DNA from: a virus
Lineage: Duplodnaviria; Caudoviricetes
IMG/VR virus record: IMGVR_UViG_3300035502_001274
Span: 64,001 to 128,000 of that record
Direction: 5' to 3' (one strand)
Length of the DNA stretch: 64,000 nucleotides
Part shown: in pieces, positions 60,419-64,000 of the stretch
Layout: every line of letters begins with the position of its first letter
Numbering within the stretch: position 1 is the first letter of the stretch
Program-made: the position numbers and the translations under genes
Notes under the pieces: generated by a model
What the model was told of the DNA's origin: nothing
Seen by the model: the letters and a program-made list of their open reading frames with translations, nothing else
Databases searched by the model: none

Positions 60419-61339
60419 ATGGCAGACTACAATCAGAACTCCATGGGTGGCAGAGCGGCCATTACCGAGGTCAACACCAATTCGATCGCGCTCTTTGCAC
60501 CCGACAGCACCATGCTTCGCATTGCCTTCAAAGGCGATGCTATGTTCTTTACAATCATTCCCAGAGTCGCTGACCCCAACGGCGGCCGTCCCCGCTGGCC
60601 CAAAGAGATGGGCCGTACCGCATCTTTCCGTGCTCAGCAGGCAAGCGCCCTCTATCAGGGCTTCATGAAGAAGCTTCTGCCCGACATTGAGCAGAAGATC
60701 GATCATCCCGGCTACTGTGTCATTCCTCTGAACCGTGACGCATCCAACCTGTGTGGCTTCTCTTATGCTGGCGGCCAGGCTTGCTTCACCATCTTCAACG
60801 GCGTATCTGCAGATCGTACCTGCTCTGACAGCTACAGCTTCGTATGTGATACCACGCCGGCCATCGACAAGTACAATCCCAACACCGGCACCTATGAAGT
60901 GGTGGAAATCCAGTCTCAGCTGTATGTGATCATCGAAGCTCTGCACTGCTTCTCTCTGCATGCTGCCAATCCCGTAGGCCACAACGTGAAGAATGCGGCG
61001 GCCTGGAGCAATGACATGATGCAGAGCTATCTGCGTGCCATCGCTACTCGTCTGGGCGCCACACCTGGTCAGTATGGCCAGTATCGTGGAGCCGATGGAT
61101 ACAATGGTGGCTACAATGGTGGTGCCAGCTACGGCGGATTTGGCGGAGGAAGCAGCAATCCTCCCTTTGTGCCGGCTGCCTCTGATGCCTATGCGGGTCA
61201 GCCCGCTCTGAACGTGCCCACCGGTGGCAATGAGAACGTGACCTGGTCCACTGGCTTTGCTGAGCAGGCCAACGTTGGTGCCAATGCGGTGCCTCAGCAG
61301 ATTGAGCAGGTCTCTTCGCTGGACAGCCTGATGGGCTAA
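60419..61339 (+). CDS. hypothetical protein with Gly/Tyr-rich tail (possible ssDNA-binding protein)
   Basis: Beta-rich N-domain plus GGYNGGASYGGFGGG low-complexity tail as in SSBs. Confidence 0.45.
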   Translation: MADYNQNSMGGRAAITEVNTNSIALFAPDSTMLRIAFKGDAMFFTIIPRVADPNGGRPRWPKEMGRTASFRAQQASALYQGFMKKLLPDIEQKIDHPGYCVIPLNRDASNLCGFSYAGGQACFTIFNGVSADRTCSDSYSFVCDTTPAIDKYNPNTGTYEVVEIQSQLYVIIEALHCFSLHAANPVGHNVKNAAAWSNDMMQSYLRAIATRLGATPGQYGQYRGADGYNGGYNGGASYGGFGGGSSNPPFVPAASDAYAGQPALNVPTGGNENVTWSTGFAEQANVGANAVPQQIEQVSSLDSLMG

Positions 61340-61409
61340 GGCGCTGAAGCGGGTATGAGTTCATCTCATACTCGCTTCTTTTTTTTTGGTAATATAGAGA
61401 GGTGATCTC

Positions 61410-62171
61410 TTGAATTACGATATGGCAGACTTTCTCCGGCCAATCGCCGGAGGCAATCGCGATGAATACATTCTGGTGGAGTTTCATCGCACCTTAAAGA
61501 ATACCAACATGGCTCTGCTGAATAATCTCTTTGCCAGGGCCAAAGACGATCCTGAGCTGATGCAGATCTTTCCTAAGTTGATCGAGTATGCAAAGATGAC
61601 CTCCGACACTCGTTATGATGCATCGGTGGTTTTCAATAAGCCGCGGGATCTTATCTTCAATCTCTCTGGGGAGAAGCTCAGCGAAGAGTTGTGCCAGCAG
61701 TACGCTGATGCCTTCAAAGAGCCTTACAAGTTTCCCAACCTTCATACCACCAGGATGGAGGTCGTCTTGCATCATCTCTGTGAGCAGGACTTCGTGAAGA
61801 AACTATATATCTTTGCAGACAAGTTTTCAAACGAGATGAAGGCCTACGTTGCCCAAACTTTTGGGGACGTGGGTGTAGGTACACGGGTGGTCGCGTTAGA
61901 GGGTAATTTGGAAGATTGCCTCCTCTCAATGCCGGAGATTACCACGGTTTTCATGAGCAATTTTTCAGATTTGGAGCCAATTTACAAAAGTCATATGGAA
62001 GTGATCAAAGGCAAATACATCATTATTTCCCATGGCTATGGTAACATGGTGCCATCTCAAGACCATAAGCGCCTGGAATATGCCGGCATGAGAACATTTG
62101 CCAAATGGCATAAGAAAAAGATCGCCGACGTTGCCTATGGCTATCCCTATGCCATCTATCGTGCCATCTAA
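61410..62171 (+). CDS. hypothetical protein
   Basis: 253 aa, GAGGTG RBS. Confidence 0.7.
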   Translation: MNYDMADFLRPIAGGNRDEYILVEFHRTLKNTNMALLNNLFARAKDDPELMQIFPKLIEYAKMTSDTRYDASVVFNKPRDLIFNLSGEKLSEELCQQYADAFKEPYKFPNLHTTRMEVVLHHLCEQDFVKKLYIFADKFSNEMKAYVAQTFGDVGVGTRVVALEGNLEDCLLSMPEITTVFMSNFSDLEPIYKSHMEVIKGKYIIISHGYGNMVPSQDHKRLEYAGMRTFAKWHKKKIADVAYGYPYAIYRAI

Positions 62172-62197
62172 TCTCGACAGAAAGGATGATCTAATCA

Positions 62198-64000
62198 ATG
62201 GCCTATAACTTCGATAACCTTGAGAAAGAAATCCGAATGGGAATGAACCTGATTGACCGTGATGAATACACGGCTTCCATTAAGGCCATTTCCCACATTG
62301 CTGCGCAGACGGTCTGCAAGACGCTTGGGCCCTATGCGCATACCACCATCATTGATGATGGCAACTTTACCTATCCCACCAAGGACGGCTGGTCCATCCT
62401 GCAGCGCATTCGCTTCCAGGATCCGACTCACAACTCCATCTTCAATATGCTGAAGAATATCAGCTTCCGCATCGTGGATAAGGTGGGTGACGGTACGACC
62501 ACCGCCATGGTCACCGCAGACCATTTCCTGGACTGCATGGATGAAGCTCTGAAGAAAGATCAGGTTTGGAGCAGCTATCGTCAGGCCGACATTGTGAGCG
62601 CTCTGAACGATGTGCGTGATATGGTTATCAAAGACCTGGAAGAGCATGCTGTTCAGATTGCTCCGGACCCCTCTGAGGAGAGCCCCGATTATCAGAGCAT
62701 CCATGATGTGGCATACATCTCTTCCAACGGGAACGAGAAGCTGGCCAGCATCATGCAGACCATTTACCAGAAGACCGGCAATCCCAACGTCATTGTGGAT
62801 ATGGACGGCGGCAAAGAGATCTCTTATGAGATCCAAACTGGATATCGCTTGGACTGCTCTTTCCTGATGAGTGAGCGGTACAGCAATACCAGCGAGCACT
62901 ATTACAACACCAACGGCCGGGAGCATATGCTGGTCATTTTTGATCATAATGTGACGTATCAGCGTCATGCTGAGATGATCAACTTCCTGTTGGGCATCGC
63001 ACAGCGGACCCAGCGGCCCATCATTCTAATGGCTCCCTACTTTGACGATGTGATTTCGTCTCAGTTCTCCATCATGGTTCAGCAGTCTCTGAAGGAGAAT
63101 CCCAACTCCATTCCGGGCCTGATGATCGTGCAGATTCCTGACGTGACTCGGAAGGCCCAGAAGGACGCTTTCATGGACTTTGCAGCTTTGGCCAGCGTTT
63201 CTCCTGTGACGGCTACGACGGTGAAAATCTTCACCGAGATGCGGCACAACGATACGGCCAAAGAGGAGACCGACAAGATCCATGACAAGATCATGGAAAT
63301 GCCGGAGTATTCTCAGTTCACTACTGCTCAGCAATTGCTGGACAGCTGCTACGGTACTGTGAAGGATGCCACCATTGGCAAGAACTTCTTCACGCTTACC
63401 AACATTAACTACGACTCGGTGCTCTACAAGGAGCGTCTGGCTCTGGTTCAGAAAGAGTATGACGATGCCAAGAAGGCAGCCGCCGAATCTCCCACCAATC
63501 TCAATAAGGCATTCCTGGAAGCATCTCAGCGACTCAATAAGCTGTCTGGTGCTCTGGGCGTCATTCATGTGGGTGGCGTGACCGATTTGGAGCGCCAGTG
63601 CAATCGGGACATCGTGGATGATACGTTCCTGGCGTGTCGATCTGCCTATGAAAACGGTGTCGTGGCGGGGTTGAACCTTGGTGTTCTGGCCTCTATGCAC
63701 CGAGTCGATCAGCAGAAGTTGAGCACGCTGCAGAACTTTGCGCTGAAGGTGCTCCATGATTCCTATGAGAGAACCGCCATGGACATTCTCAGCAATAAGT
63801 ACCATGACGTGGATGCCAAGTGCTGGGACTTCTTTGGTAATCATCTGACGGCATCTGAACTGATCGATACGATGGAAGATGCCATCGTACGCGGCGAACT
63901 GACCTGCTACGACATCGAGGCCGAGGCTGCTTACGACAGTGCCATTCCGAGCGTCTGCAATTCTGTCTCTACGGACATCGAGATCCTGTACGGCATCACC
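62198..64000 (+). CDS. groEL: phage GroEL-like chaperonin (truncated by window end; missing from ORF track)
   Basis: Translated by hand: MAYNFDNL...KTLGPY...PTKDGWS...KVGDGTTTAMV; later ISSNG and IHVGG; open to 64000. Confidence 0.9.
   Translation, partial: MAYNFDNLEKEIRMGMNLIDRDEYTASIKAISHIAAQTVCKTLGPYAHTTIIDDGNFTYPTKDGWSILQRIRFQDPTHNSIFNMLKNISFRIVDKVGDGTTTAMVTADHFLDCMDEALKKDQVWSSYRQADIVSALNDVRDMVIKDLEEHAVQIAPDPSEESPDYQSIHDVAYISSNGNEKLASIMQTIYQKTGNPNVIVDMDGGKEISYEIQTGYRLDCSFLMSERYSNTSEHYYNTNGREHMLVIFDHNVTYQRHAEMINFLLGIAQRTQRPIILMAPYFDDVISSQFSIMVQQSLKENPNSIPGLMIVQIPDVTRKAQKDAFMDFAALASVSPVTATTVKIFTEMRHNDTAKEETDKIHDKIMEMPEYSQFTTAQQLLDSCYGTVKDATIGKNFFTLTNINYDSVLYKERLALVQKEYDDAKKAAAESPTNLNKAFLEASQRLNKLSGALGVIHVGGVTDLERQCNRDIVDDTFLACRSAYENGVVAGLNLGVLASMHRVDQQKLSTLQNFALKVLHDSYERTAMDILSNKYHDVDAKCWDFFGNHLTASELIDTMEDAIVRGELTCYDIEAEAAYDSAIPSVCNSVSTDIEILYGIT

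Noticed and set aside
1-64000. Numerous long antisense ORFs (e.g. 28648-30051, 46334-47938, 48818-50011, 62195-62968, 63026-63844)
   Set aside because: Shadows of genuine genes on the opposite strand; no RBS, unnatural composition
1-64000. CRISPR array, rRNA, IS/transposase, integrase
   Set aside because: No regularly spaced repeat-spacer array or recognisable motifs seen by eye
1-64000. Stop-codon reassignment
   Set aside because: Conserved genes read through intact in the standard code, and TAG, TGA and TAA all end genes next to terminators or downstream starts

Overview
A 64-kb segment of a jumbo phage of the phiKZ/AR9(PBS1)-like group. Strong GGAGG ribosome-binding sites and the gene content suggest a Bacillota (probably Clostridia) host; this is an inference. 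The window encodes two split multisubunit RNA polymerase beta' pieces: an N-terminal/catalytic subunit interrupted by a 401-nt group I intron (38681-39081), and a bridge-helix/Zn-containing subunit. It also encodes virion/baseplate-type proteins, head proteins with A-x-E maturation motifs, a GroEL-like chaperonin running off the window end, PPK1, two CYTH proteins, MYG1, a Nudix-like hydrolase, a kinase, a PemK/MazF-like protein and a degenerate amidase. Two promoter classes can be read from the sequence: ATAT(C/T)AT (early-type) and AAC(A/C)-N6-TA (AR9 late-type). The most unusual signals are: (i) three dispersed copies of a ~125-nt element with a GC hairpin, each leading in a conserved reading frame into a Ser/Thr-rich, fibre-tip-like ORF or remnant, suggesting a cassette system; (ii) a tRNA-like RNA with an AAU anticodon and a broken acceptor stem; (iii) several promoter-to-terminator structured non-coding units; (iv) an AT-rich repeat/palindrome region that looks like an origin. 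All functional calls come from motif recognition by eye, with no database searches.
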